A stretch of DNA of 64,000 bases from NCBI GenBank assembly GCA_963748825.1, contig CAVVKN010000010.1, positions 32,001 to 96,000 on the forward strand, given 5' to 3'. The notes below the pieces were generated by a model. It searched no databases and was not told the DNA's origin. It was given only the letters and a program-made list of their open reading frames with translations. Shown here in pieces: positions 1-11,035 of the stretch. The position numbers and the translations under genes were made by a program. Position 1 is the first letter of the stretch. Each line of letters starts with the position of its first letter. The stretch is from Methanotrichaceae archaeon. Lineage in GTDB: Archaea > Halobacteriota > Methanosarcinia > Methanotrichales > Methanotrichaceae.

Positions 1-720
1 CTTTTCATGCGCGCTTGTCGCTTTCGCTACGGCTTCCTCTGTAAAAGAATTAGCCTCGCCGCCAATATGCACTCCCTGGTTCGTTCTTCAAAACGCATGT
101 TAGAACGCCGGCAACTCCTTTCGTACTGCGGCCTTGCAGCCGTTTCCTTCAAGGAGAAGATCCTTGCGCGCCCTAACGCACTATCGCCAGCCAATTTCAG
201 GCTCTTTGCACCTCCCTATTTGGGGTACTTTTCAGCTTTCGTTCACACTACTACTGCGCTATCGGTCTCAAGATGTATTTAGCCTTGGAGGTTGGTGACC
301 CCCAATTTCCCGCGCGATTTCCGACGCACGGTACTCAAGACACGGCCCCGGTCTTGATAAATTACGACTACGTGGCTCTCACACTCTATGGCAGGCCATT
401 CCAGGCCACTTCGACTTCTAAATCAAGACGTTTGGACCGGCTTATAACACCACATCTCCCTTGCGGGATTCGGTTTAGGCTGTTCCGCTTTCACTCGCCG
501 TTAATAACGGAATCTCGTTTGATTTCTCTTCCTGTCCCTACTAAGATGTTTCAATCCGGGACGTTCCCGATCCTCAACGGATCAGTCCGAAGACTAGGAT
601 TTCCCATTTGGACATCCTCGGTTCAATGGCTCCATGCGCCTCGCCGAGGCTTATCGCAGCTTGGCACGTCCTTCGTCAGCACTTGAGCCGAGCCATCCCC
701 TGGCTGGCATAAGCAGCTTA
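1..720 (-). rRNA. rrl: 23S rRNA, 5' portion (continues beyond the left edge of the window); 5' end approximate
   Basis: Reverse complement gives the conserved archaeal 23S 5' sequence (GATGGCTCGGCTCAAGTGCTGACGAAGGACGTGCCAAGCTGCGATAAGCC) and GGTGAAAAGTACCCC-like (GCTGAAAAGTACCCC) segments; lies downstream of 16S and tRNA-Ala. Confidence 0.96.
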
Positions 721-842
721 TGCCCCACTAAACTCAGTGAGCGTCTGGTCGCAAAGCTTGTGCACGGCATCATCGGACCGCTCCGTCAAGAACGGACCTT
801 CGCCCTTCCACATCGAGTCTGCCTCAATGTGTGCATTGTAAT

Positions 843-915
843 TGGACTTGCTGGGATTCGGACCCAGGGCCTCCGCCTTGCAAAGGCGGCGCTCTACCAG
901 CTGAGCTACAAGCCC
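843..915 (-). tRNA. tRNA-Ala (TGC) in the 16S-23S spacer; no intron, CCA not encoded
   Basis: Minus strand GGGCTTGTAGCTCAGCTGGTAGAGCGCCGCCTTTGCAAGGCGGAGGCCCTGGGTCCGAATCCCAGCAAGTCCA folds as a cloverleaf with anticodon TGC and a G3:U70 pair. Confidence 0.97.
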
Positions 916-966
916 GGGTACTAGCCCCAGCTAATAATCAGAATAGCTGGCTAATTGGTTCTCTTT

Positions 967-2576
<1,610 letters not shown>

Positions 2577-2707
2577 TGTCAGACACGAAAAAACTCGCGT
2601 CTCCATCTTTGTTATATCGCAACTTTATAGCTCGACCCTTCAATGATATCGGGGCCCAGCTTTTGGGTTACGACGCCTCATCGGCCCATTAAGGTTGTCA
2701 GCCGAGG

Positions 2708-2720
2708 TATTTAAGCATTT
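2708..2720 (-). promoter_or_regulatory. Putative proximal rRNA operon promoter (BRE/TATA)
   Basis: Minus strand AAATGCTTAAATA about 200 nt upstream of the 16S. Confidence 0.5.
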
Positions 2721-2862
2721 CCCCCTCAACTCATTTTCGGAGAAGACAAGAGAAAACCCGGGCTTTCTTAAACCGATGTCATACTCAGGCCCTATAATCA
2801 CTATCTACAGGACCCGTTGCCCCACCCTTCCAGGCGGGCCGAACTCATCCAATAACTCAGAC

Positions 2863-2877
2863 ATATATAACCTTTTT
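2863..2877 (-). promoter_or_regulatory. Putative distal rRNA operon promoter (BRE/TATA)
   Basis: Minus strand AAAAAGGTTATATAT: purine-rich BRE followed by a TATA box. Confidence 0.55.
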
Positions 2878-2974
2878 GCTCTATTGATTCACGCTATCGC
2901 TTAGTTTTAATATGATCGTAACCGAAAATCCAGGAATAGCAATCCAGGATTAACACGCCTGCTGGAGGTCTTTT

Positions 2975-4927
2975 ATGGGTTATACATTGACTGAGAAAAT
3001 CCTGAGGCAGCACCTCGCGGATGGCTTCTACGAGCCCGGCAAAGAGATCGGCATAAAGATAGACCAAACCCTTACCCAGGACGCAACAGGCACCATGGCC
3101 TATCTCCAATTTGAGTCCATGGGGCTTTCTGATATTGCCACCGAGCTTTCCGTCAGCTACGTTGATCACAACACCATCCAGGTAGGATTCGAAAATGCAG
3201 ATGATCACGCCTACCTGGAGTCGATCGCGAAGAAGTATGGCATCTACTTCTCCCGACCTGGGAACGGCATTTGCCATCAGGTCCACCTGGAGAGATTCGC
3301 CAGGCCCGGCAAAACCCTGTTGGGGTCCGACAGCCACACGCCCACTGCAGGAGGCGTGGGCACCCTGGCTATGGGTGCAGGAGGACTTGATGTAGCCGTT
3401 GCTATGGGTGGGGGCGCATACTACCTTACCGCTCCGCGCGTGATCAATGTCCACCTTACAGGCAAGATGCAACCCTGGGCTACAGCCAAAGACGTAGTCC
3501 TGAAAGTCCTCTCCATCCTGAGCACGAAAGGGAACGTCGGCTGCGTCTGCGAATACACTGGTGAAGGCATTGCCGCACTAACTGTGCCGGAGAGAGCAAC
3601 CATCACCAATATGGGAGCCGAGACAGGCGTCACCACATCCATCTTCCCCAGCGATGAGCAGACGAAGAGATTTCTACAAGCGCAGGAAAGAGGAGAGCAG
3701 TGGACAGCTCTGGCAGCCGACAAAGATGCAGTCTATGATCGCACCATAGAAATCGACCTATCAGAGATCGAGCCACTTGCGTGTGCGCCTCACAGCCCGG
3801 GAAACATAGCCAGAATCAAAGACCAAAATCATCTCGTGGATCAGGTGATGATCGGTTCATGCACCAACTCCTCTTATGTAGATCTCATGACTGTGGCGGC
3901 GATGCTAAAGGGCAAGCATCTTCCTGCTGGCGTATCTTTAGGCATTGCGCCCGGCTCGCGACAGGTGCTGAGCGCTATAGCCAGGAACGGCGCTCTAAGC
4001 GACCTGATAGCCTTCGGAGCCAGAATCCTGGAGTCTTCCTGCGGCTTTTGTATCGGCAACAGCATGTCACCGTGCACGGACTCTGTTTCCGTGCGCACCA
4101 GCAACCGCAATTTCTTAGGTCGATCCGGCACGCCCAGTGCGAGTGTCTACCTGACCAGCCCACTAGTCGCCGCCGCCTCTGCTCTCACCGGCAAGCTAAC
4201 GGACCCTAGAGAACTGGGGATGGACTTTCCCAGAATAGATATGCCGGCGCATTTTGAGATTGATGATAGTATGATTATTCCGCCCCTTCCAGCAACGGAG
4301 CGAGCAAAAATAAAAATCTGCCGCGGCCCCAATATCGGCGAGCCTCCCATTAACGGACCTATGCCGGAGGAGATCTCAGGACAAGTAACCATAAGGGTAG
4401 GAGATCTGGTGACCACGGATCACATAATGCCTGCCGGCTCTCGCCTCAAGTACAGATCCAATGTCCCCAAGTACTCTGAATTCGTCTTTGAGCCGCTGGA
4501 CAAGGAGTTCTACAGCAGGGCATCCGCACTGCGCGATCAGGGCGCGCATAACCTGATCGTGGCAGGTCTTAGCTATGGCCAGGGCTCTTCCCGAGAACAC
4601 GCCGCTCTTTGCCCCATGTACCTGGGAGTGAAAGGGGTGATCGCTAAATCCATAGAGAGGATACATGCGGCCAATCTGGTGAACTTCGGCATAGTACCCT
4701 TCAGCTTTGCCCAGGAATCGGATTGGGACAATTTGCCGGAAAGAACCGAGGTTCGAATACCAGGCATTCGTAAGGCACTGGAGACTGGCAAGGAGAATAT
4801 CATGGCCCTGGCCGGAAATAAGCAGATCACCCTAAATATGAACCTCTCCAAAAGGCAGAGAAACATACTGCTGGCAGGAGGACTATTACCGTTCACCGTG
4901 CAGGCAAGCAAAGGAGCTAAAAAATAA
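2975..4927 (+). CDS. acnA: Aconitate hydratase (single-chain, about 650 aa)
   Basis: QDATG, VDHN, GICHQVH, DSHT, GSCTNS, CGFCIG (Fe-S cysteines), NRNF, TTDHI and YGQGSSREHAA aconitase motifs; GGAGG RBS. Confidence 0.9.
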   Translation: MGYTLTEKILRQHLADGFYEPGKEIGIKIDQTLTQDATGTMAYLQFESMGLSDIATELSVSYVDHNTIQVGFENADDHAYLESIAKKYGIYFSRPGNGICHQVHLERFARPGKTLLGSDSHTPTAGGVGTLAMGAGGLDVAVAMGGGAYYLTAPRVINVHLTGKMQPWATAKDVVLKVLSILSTKGNVGCVCEYTGEGIAALTVPERATITNMGAETGVTTSIFPSDEQTKRFLQAQERGEQWTALAADKDAVYDRTIEIDLSEIEPLACAPHSPGNIARIKDQNHLVDQVMIGSCTNSSYVDLMTVAAMLKGKHLPAGVSLGIAPGSRQVLSAIARNGALSDLIAFGARILESSCGFCIGNSMSPCTDSVSVRTSNRNFLGRSGTPSASVYLTSPLVAAASALTGKLTDPRELGMDFPRIDMPAHFEIDDSMIIPPLPATERAKIKICRGPNIGEPPINGPMPEEISGQVTIRVGDLVTTDHIMPAGSRLKYRSNVPKYSEFVFEPLDKEFYSRASALRDQGAHNLIVAGLSYGQGSSREHAALCPMYLGVKGVIAKSIERIHAANLVNFGIVPFSFAQESDWDNLPERTEVRIPGIRKALETGKENIMALAGNKQITLNMNLSKRQRNILLAGGLLPFTVQASKGAKK

Positions 4928-4996
4928 AAATAAATCTGCCGCCCTGGCAGAGCTTTTCTTTTTTCTATCGTTTCTATCTTTTACAAGCTGCTGCTT

Positions 4997-5479
4997 TTAG
5001 TTAAAGAGGGTTATGATATTTTGCGATAACATTTGTCCTTTTGCATCCTTGCTCGGAGTGCCTGTGCTATTGGATACCACTAAGCTCCCACTTGTCTGGG
5101 GATACGACCAGATTTGATTGATGCCGAACTGACTGTTCACATTTCGGGTCAGAAACTGGCTGTTTCTCTCCGTAGCAGTAAGAGTGAGACCTGCAGTATT
5201 TGCGGCAAAGCTCGTGGCCTTGAATTGCAGTGGAGTGTCAAACCTCAAGGGGAAGGTGTTCATCCAGATGTCCATGTTAGATGTCGCACTCTTGATGCTC
5301 AGATTTTGCTGGTTGGCGATATAGTTGCCCCAGTACGTCTGGACATTGGGTTCAAAGGTAGATGAGCTGGGTGCATTGAAGAATGCAAGCTGAGTGCTGC
5401 TGTAGCCCTCACCCATCATCTGGGCACCGGCCAGGCCCAAGAGGCAGGTTAATGCTATTAGTACTACAATCGTTTTCAT
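4997..5479 (-). CDS. Secreted hypothetical protein
   Basis: N-terminal signal peptide MKTIVVLIALTCLLGLAGA; S/T/N/Q-rich mature region. Confidence 0.7.
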   Translation of the reverse strand: MKTIVVLIALTCLLGLAGAQMMGEGYSSTQLAFFNAPSSSTFEPNVQTYWGNYIANQQNLSIKSATSNMDIWMNTFPLRFDTPLQFKATSFAANTAGLTLTATERNSQFLTRNVNSQFGINQIWSYPQTSGSLVVSNSTGTPSKDAKGQMLSQNIITLFN

Positions 5480-5565
5480 ATTAATACATCCTTTTTTATT
5501 CAGTAGTTATCCTCTGCTGAAAATCTGTCCCAACCTATTTATTCCTTATTGGTAAGGGAGAACTT

Positions 5566-6990
5566 ATGCCGGACCGCTTCGAAATACTGCATAAAGATCT
5601 GGCCGGAAGGATCGGCCGGCTTTCCACAATGCATGGCACCATCGAGACTCCCGCGCTCATGCCAGTAGTCAATCCCCATCTCCCCCTCATCCCGCCGGGT
5701 GAGATGGCGAAGATGGGAGCCGATATGATCATCACCAATAGCTACATCATTCACCAGGATCCGGAGCTAAAAATGCAGGCAATTGAGCGTGGGCTGCACG
5801 ACCTCCTGGGATTTTCCGGGCCGATTATGACCGACTCGGGCGCCTTCCAGCTCTCCGTCTATGGAGATATCGATGTTTCTCCCCTGGAGATCTTAAACTT
5901 TCAATTCGCCATAAAATCGGACATCTCTGTGCCCCTGGACATACCAACCCCTCCTGACGTCAGCAGAGAAAGGGCTGAATCTGAGCTGAAAATAACAGAG
6001 GAGCGACTGGTGCAGGCTGCCGCCCTGGAAAGATCGGCCCTTCTCGCCTGCCCAATCCAGGGCTCAACCTATCCCGATCTCAGAGAGAAAGCAGGCCGGT
6101 TCGCCAGAGATCTTCCTTTTGATGTCTATCCCGTGGGCGGGGTGGTTCCGCTCATGGAAGCCTACCGCTATAGCGATCTTGTAGATGTAGTGACATCTGC
6201 CAAGAAGGGGCTCGGCTCGGGCCGGCCCGTGCATCTCTTTGGCGCCGGGCATCCCATGATCTTTGCACTCGCGGCAGCCATGGGCTGCGATCTCTTTGAC
6301 TCGGCGGCATACGCCCTCTACGCCCGACAGGACCGGTACCTGACAGTGCATGGAACCGGCAAGCTGGAGGAGATGAGCTACCTTCCCTGCTGCTGCCCCG
6401 TCTGCCAGGAACATACCTTAAAAGAGCTGATGGATAGCCCCCAAAAGACCAAGCTTCTAGCCCGACACAATCTTTACGTCTCACTGCAGGAGATGAAACA
6501 GGTTAAGGAGAGCATTCGCGAGGGCTCCCTCTGGGATCTCCTGGAGACGCGCTGCCGGTCGCACCCTCGTATGCTGGACGGGCTAAAGAGGCTGGGCGCC
6601 CAGGGCCAGTGGCTGGAGAGCCTCGACACCGCCAGCAAGTCCACATTCTTCTACCTGAGCCCCGAGTGCGCCAGCCGGCCAGAGGTAATGCGCTATGCGC
6701 GAAGGATAGACCGCATCGTTTTGCAGGGCAATGTCCTGATCACCGACGATCCCCAGGCAGACACGTCCGGCTTTGGCCACGTTTTGCACTTCAAGCCGCC
6801 ATTCGGGCCTTATCCTGTGGAGCTGTCCGAGACCTATCCCTTCAATGCTGAGGTTCCGCAGGAGGCAGATGATGCGGCAATGAAGCAAGCTGCGAAAAAC
6901 ACAAAATATCTGATGCGAGCCAATCCTGAGGCCGTGTTCAGCATCCGGCTAAAAATCGGTGATTTAGGAGAACGATTGGAGCAGATGTAG
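5566..6990 (+). CDS. tgtA: tRNA-guanine(15) transglycosylase (archaeosine TGT), short form without the C-terminal PUA domain
   Basis: IETPALMPV, MTDSGAFQ, HLFGAGHP, DLFDSAAY and zinc site CCCPVC...HN. Confidence 0.93.
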   Translation: MPDRFEILHKDLAGRIGRLSTMHGTIETPALMPVVNPHLPLIPPGEMAKMGADMIITNSYIIHQDPELKMQAIERGLHDLLGFSGPIMTDSGAFQLSVYGDIDVSPLEILNFQFAIKSDISVPLDIPTPPDVSRERAESELKITEERLVQAAALERSALLACPIQGSTYPDLREKAGRFARDLPFDVYPVGGVVPLMEAYRYSDLVDVVTSAKKGLGSGRPVHLFGAGHPMIFALAAAMGCDLFDSAAYALYARQDRYLTVHGTGKLEEMSYLPCCCPVCQEHTLKELMDSPQKTKLLARHNLYVSLQEMKQVKESIREGSLWDLLETRCRSHPRMLDGLKRLGAQGQWLESLDTASKSTFFYLSPECASRPEVMRYARRIDRIVLQGNVLITDDPQADTSGFGHVLHFKPPFGPYPVELSETYPFNAEVPQEADDAAMKQAAKNTKYLMRANPEAVFSIRLKIGDLGERLEQM

Positions 6991-7057
6991 AGCTACCCAA
7001 GCCTGGCGAATCTTACCAGGGAGGACCCCTAAGATCGCAATGCATCAACATGAATTG

Positions 7058-7606
7058 TTATGCCTCTGCTTTCGCTTCCGATGATAAGATATCTCGGAAC
7101 GATTCAAGACGACCAGCCAAACGTCTGAGATACGGTAGACCCATGCCAATTCGGTTTCCCAATTCATCATATGAAATATCTAATAATTCGCTTTCATTAG
7201 TGGCAAGAATCTTAACACGATTACCAGATTTCATTAGATATGAAGCGATACCGCTACCAATATTCACGAAGGGAGACAAGTCCCGCATCGTTTCGGGCTT
7301 CATAGGTAAAGGCCTCCAGCTATCAATAATCCTGTTTATTTCATCTATCTTTCTCGCAGCGAGCAGAGAGAGAATAACTCCAACATCAGATAATCGGATT
7401 CCTATCTCATTCTCTAATTTGGGAACATACTCATTAGGAGGATAGTTTATCAAAAGATCTTCTAAATCTTCAATATTGTTGATACCTTCTTTTGACAATT
7501 CGTATATTATCTCCGAAACATACTTGGCCTGAGCATGGACCCTATCGGGAAAATGTATCTTTAGATAATCTACCAATATTTCCAGGTCAATCTTCGTATT
7601 AGGCAT
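7058..7606 (-). CDS. Hypothetical protein downstream of the RelA/SpoT-domain gene (possible partner or split C-terminal domain)
   Basis: AT-rich ORF; GGAGGA RBS 9 nt before ATG 7606; in frame with the upstream ORF across a single TGA. Confidence 0.65.
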   Translation of the reverse strand: MPNTKIDLEILVDYLKIHFPDRVHAQAKYVSEIIYELSKEGINNIEDLEDLLINYPPNEYVPKLENEIGIRLSDVGVILSLLAARKIDEINRIIDSWRPLPMKPETMRDLSPFVNIGSGIASYLMKSGNRVKILATNESELLDISYDELGNRIGMGLPYLRRLAGRLESFRDILSSEAKAEA

Positions 7607-7633
7607 TATTTCAGGTCCTCCAAATCCCACTCT

Positions 7634-8467
7634 TCACTTAATTTCTCGTTCTAACCGCAAGTTTAAATCTTTGAGAGCTTCAATGGCATATTCTTTGTCA
7701 CTAGTCGATCCTTCTGCAAGTGATTTACGTAAATTTGCAATATGCTCTTTTATTTTAGTTTCTTTTTGATGTCTTATGCATTCATTTTCATCTTGCAGCA
7801 TTTGGAACTCCCGATCGGCAATCTCTAATAACCCCGCAAGGGCAATGAATCTCCTCTGGAATAGGGCAGGAATTTCCAATGTGCTCTTGTATTGGATGTC
7901 ATGCTCCATTTCCGCCCAAGCATGCTGCAATATGGTTCGCACTTGAATCTCTAATTTAAGATCACTATAGTGCATATATTTAGAATGCGCTGCGCGATCC
8001 GGCCGCATCATTACAATGAAGTGAACGCTTTGGTAACCGAACTTACCTTCACCTATTAGCTTTTCAGATTTATCTTCCTTTTTCGAAATAGTAAATTCCT
8101 GCTCGATGAGGCTGCAAACGACCTCCACTGTTCGAGGAAAATACGTGATCACTCGGACGCCAGCCATGTCCTCAATATTTTCCAAAGGATTTGCGTACTT
8201 TGGTTTCGTCGGATCCGACTCAGAGGGCTTGACAGCTTTCTCGCCGAAATGATCAACCTCTTTAGCTCGCGAAACGATAGCATGATATTTAACATTGCAG
8301 CCATCTAAAATGCCTTTAAGTATGCTCTCGGCTGTTTTTGCAAATTCCTCATAAAGTGGACGCATTACTCTGTATTTCGCGACAGCAGATTCTCTGTGAG
8401 CAATAAAATCGAACTCAGACACTACTTCCGCCTCATCCGCCATTTCCACGACCTTATCTGTGTCCAC
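7634..8467 (-). CDS. RelA/SpoT synthetase-domain protein (small alarmone synthetase-like nucleotidyltransferase)
   Basis: SRAKEVDHFGEK, DMAGVRVI, GYQSVH and EIQVRTILQHAWAEMEHDIQYK correspond to the Syn1-Syn4 motifs; no HD hydrolase domain. Confidence 0.88.
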   Translation of the reverse strand: MDTDKVVEMADEAEVVSEFDFIAHRESAVAKYRVMRPLYEEFAKTAESILKGILDGCNVKYHAIVSRAKEVDHFGEKAVKPSESDPTKPKYANPLENIEDMAGVRVITYFPRTVEVVCSLIEQEFTISKKEDKSEKLIGEGKFGYQSVHFIVMMRPDRAAHSKYMHYSDLKLEIQVRTILQHAWAEMEHDIQYKSTLEIPALFQRRFIALAGLLEIADREFQMLQDENECIRHQKETKIKEHIANLRKSLAEGSTSDKEYAIEALKDLNLRLEREIK

Positions 8468-8475
8468 TCACGGAA

Positions 8476-8676
8476 TCAATTATCGCCATAGAAGCCCCAG
8501 GCCACATCCTGACGTATGAACTGCCCCTTCAGCTCACCATGATGAGTCTCAAGGTACCAACGCACCGCTTCTACTACCAGGCTGTTGAGATCAGGAAACC
8601 AGCCAGCTTTGACCTGAGCCTGCACGTCTTCAGCTAAGCGTTTCGGCAAGGAGATCTCCGCCTTCAACTCAGACAT
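8476..8676 (-). CDS. CopG/ribbon-helix-helix family protein (antitoxin-like regulator)
   Basis: Short protein, ISLPKRLAEDVQAQVKAGWFPDLNSLVVEAVRWYLE fits an RHH pattern; ATG 8676. Confidence 0.7.
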   Translation of the reverse strand: MSELKAEISLPKRLAEDVQAQVKAGWFPDLNSLVVEAVRWYLETHHGELKGQFIRQDVAWGFYGDN

Positions 8677-8826
8677 GAGAGGATAACAAGTCACTTTTTA
8701 TAGTTGAACATATCGACTCAAATCTTCTTTTTATATGATTAAGTCACCATTGGTTAATGATATGCTAAAGACCGCCACTTGCCATTCCAGACCACTTGCA
8801 TCGATAAGAAGAGAGGCACAAAAGGC

Positions 8827-10569
8827 ATGACCAAGTACTTCGAGGTAGTCCGGCGCGACGGACCGGCCCGCATGGGAAAGCTGCTAACAGAGCCGCAGAT
8901 CAGCACCCCGGCCCTGATCACAAAGGACGATTACGTCTCGACGGGCAGCGTCTACAGCTACGCATCTCTCTCGGATGCCACAAATGCCGCCGAGGCATTC
9001 AGGGATCAAAAGAAGCTGGCTATACTTCCCTACGTGCCCGCTGCCCTACGCTCCGAGCCGGCCCTGGAGCTGCCACCCCTGGATTTGACGGGCCCCAAGG
9101 GTGTACTGGTCCACCCATTCAGCGTAAAAGAGCCGGAGAAAGCCGATGTCTATGTTCTGGGCAACGCTGGTGCCCTGAGAAATCCCAGAGATCTGGTGGC
9201 AGCCATTGTGGGCGTGAGAGAGAAGATCGCCCCAGACACGGCTCTTTATGCTCCCGCCCTGGCCACACCTGCCAACCTGGCTCTGCTGGTATACCTGGGC
9301 GTCGACCTGCTGGACGGGACGCGCGTCTTAGCCGACGGCCTGTTGGGCCGCTACCACACCCGCGATGGCGTTTGGAAAGCGTCGGAGCTGGTCGAACTGC
9401 CCTGCCTCTGCCAGCATTGCCAGGAGATGGCAGCGAGCGGAAGGAAGACACAGCTGCTTGTTACCCACAATCTGCAAAAGCTGGAAGAGGAGCTGCTCGC
9501 GGTTCGAGAAGCCATTCGCTCGGAGACAATACGCGAATACATCGAGCGGCAGGTGCGGGTGACGCCTGAGCAGACGACGGCTCTACGCCTCCTGGATCAG
9601 GAGCACCAGTACCTGGAGAAGAGGACGCCCCAGAGCCGCCGCAGCACCTTTTATGCCAATTGCGCCGAATCGCTGGGCCGAGTCGAGGTCACTCGTTTTG
9701 CCGAGAGGGTGATCAACCGCTACAAGGCTCCCCAAAGCGATGTCTTGCTGCTCTTGCCCTGCTCGGCAAAAAAGCCCTACTCACTCTCCCGATCGCATCG
9801 GCTCTTCGCGGAGTCTATTGGATCGCACCGCCGCTATCTGCATGAGCTGATATTGACCTCGCCCCTGGCCCTTGTGCCGCGCGAACTGGAGGAGGCCTAT
9901 CCTGCCGCCAGCTACGACGTTCCCGTTACCGGCCACTGGGACAGAGAAGAGAGAGCGTGGCTGTGCAGTTGCCTGGACGCCTATCTCAAGAGGAACAGGT
10001 ACGCCAGGATCGTGGCCCATCTCGATGGAGAGCTGGAACAGGCGGTAAAAGGCAGTGGCATTGAAGCCACATTTACCGGAGGCGGCACCAAAGGCCCGGC
10101 TCTGGACCGCCTCAGTGCGGCTGTAGCCGAAGCCTGCCATGGAGCCATGCGCCTGCCCGATCTGCGCCTCCTTCGCTACCGGGCCCATGCCGATTACTAC
10201 TTCGGCCAGGGAGCCGGCGATCTTCTCCTGGAAGGAAAGATCATAGTGAAGGGGAGGGAGATTCAGGACGAGCAGAAGAGGCCCCTGGCAGCGACAACGC
10301 CCAGCGGCATGATCGCCCTCTCCTTGGCCGGAGCCCGGCGGCTGGAGCCCCTCGGAAAATACATCGTCAAGATTGGCGACTTCCTGCCCAAGGGCTCCTT
10401 GCTGGCGCCAGGTGTGTTGGACGCAGACGAGCAGATCCGGCCGGGAGACGAGGTAATAGTGGTAGGAGAGAAGGCCTTCGGCATAGGCAGGGCCAAAATG
10501 TCCGGCTGGGAAATGATCGCATCCCGCCGGGGAGTGGCTGTGGAGATCAGGCATATCAAGGGAAGGTAG
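8827..10569 (+). CDS. arcS: Archaeosine synthase subunit alpha (TgtA2/ArcS) with C-terminal PUA domain
   Basis: FEVVRRDGPARMGKL, LPCSAKKPYSLSRSH, TSPLALVPRELE, YDVPVTGHW and PUA motif APGVLDADEQIRPGDEV. Confidence 0.9.
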   Translation: MTKYFEVVRRDGPARMGKLLTEPQISTPALITKDDYVSTGSVYSYASLSDATNAAEAFRDQKKLAILPYVPAALRSEPALELPPLDLTGPKGVLVHPFSVKEPEKADVYVLGNAGALRNPRDLVAAIVGVREKIAPDTALYAPALATPANLALLVYLGVDLLDGTRVLADGLLGRYHTRDGVWKASELVELPCLCQHCQEMAASGRKTQLLVTHNLQKLEEELLAVREAIRSETIREYIERQVRVTPEQTTALRLLDQEHQYLEKRTPQSRRSTFYANCAESLGRVEVTRFAERVINRYKAPQSDVLLLLPCSAKKPYSLSRSHRLFAESIGSHRRYLHELILTSPLALVPRELEEAYPAASYDVPVTGHWDREERAWLCSCLDAYLKRNRYARIVAHLDGELEQAVKGSGIEATFTGGGTKGPALDRLSAAVAEACHGAMRLPDLRLLRYRAHADYYFGQGAGDLLLEGKIIVKGREIQDEQKRPLAATTPSGMIALSLAGARRLEPLGKYIVKIGDFLPKGSLLAPGVLDADEQIRPGDEVIVVGEKAFGIGRAKMSGWEMIASRRGVAVEIRHIKGR

Positions 10570-10618
10570 GGATATGAGAGGAATGAGGGGGAGAAGAAAA
10601 GAGAAGACAGGTCTGGAC

Positions 10619-11035
10619 ATGATCAAACCGATCTCGTTTTATTCTAGCGAAAGCGAGAAGGTCAAACTTAACTGGTTCTGCTATGAACTCTCCTTGTCGA
10701 TATACGATAGCATGAAAAATAAAATTGCAATCCTTCTCAAGAGACGGAAGATCAGCAATGAAACCCTTGCGGATTTTTCGATTTACTATGCAAAGGGAAT
10801 GAAGGATGTTGTCCTCCAGCAATTATCCGGCAAAATCGAAAAGGTCTGCATCTCATACGAGCCGATAGAATCATACTTTCCCGATATCGGCGATGAGATG
10901 ATCAATAAAATGACGGATGTAATCTCTGAAGCATGGGATGAGATGCTCAGTTTTTGTGAAGTATGCCCGAATCGATGCATCAGCGAGAAGGATGCATTCT
11001 GTACCCTGTTTGATGACAGGCATCTCTTCGATTGA
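10619..11035 (+). CDS. Hypothetical protein with C-terminal CxxCPxxC...C motif
   Basis: AT-richer ORF ending CEVCPNRCISEKDAFCTLFD; start uncertain (10574 or 10619). Confidence 0.65.
   Translation: MIKPISFYSSESEKVKLNWFCYELSLSIYDSMKNKIAILLKRRKISNETLADFSIYYAKGMKDVVLQQLSGKIEKVCISYEPIESYFPDIGDEMINKMTDVISEAWDEMLSFCEVCPNRCISEKDAFCTLFDDRHLFD

Noticed and set aside
5566-6990. tgtA appearing truncated (no PUA domain)
   Set aside because: Split or short ArcTGT forms are known in related methanogens, and the catalytic and zinc motifs are intact
7634-7636. Selenocysteine recoding of the in-frame TGA
   Set aside because: No Cys/Sec-type motif context, selenocysteine use is not established for this lineage, and an independent RBS and ATG follow
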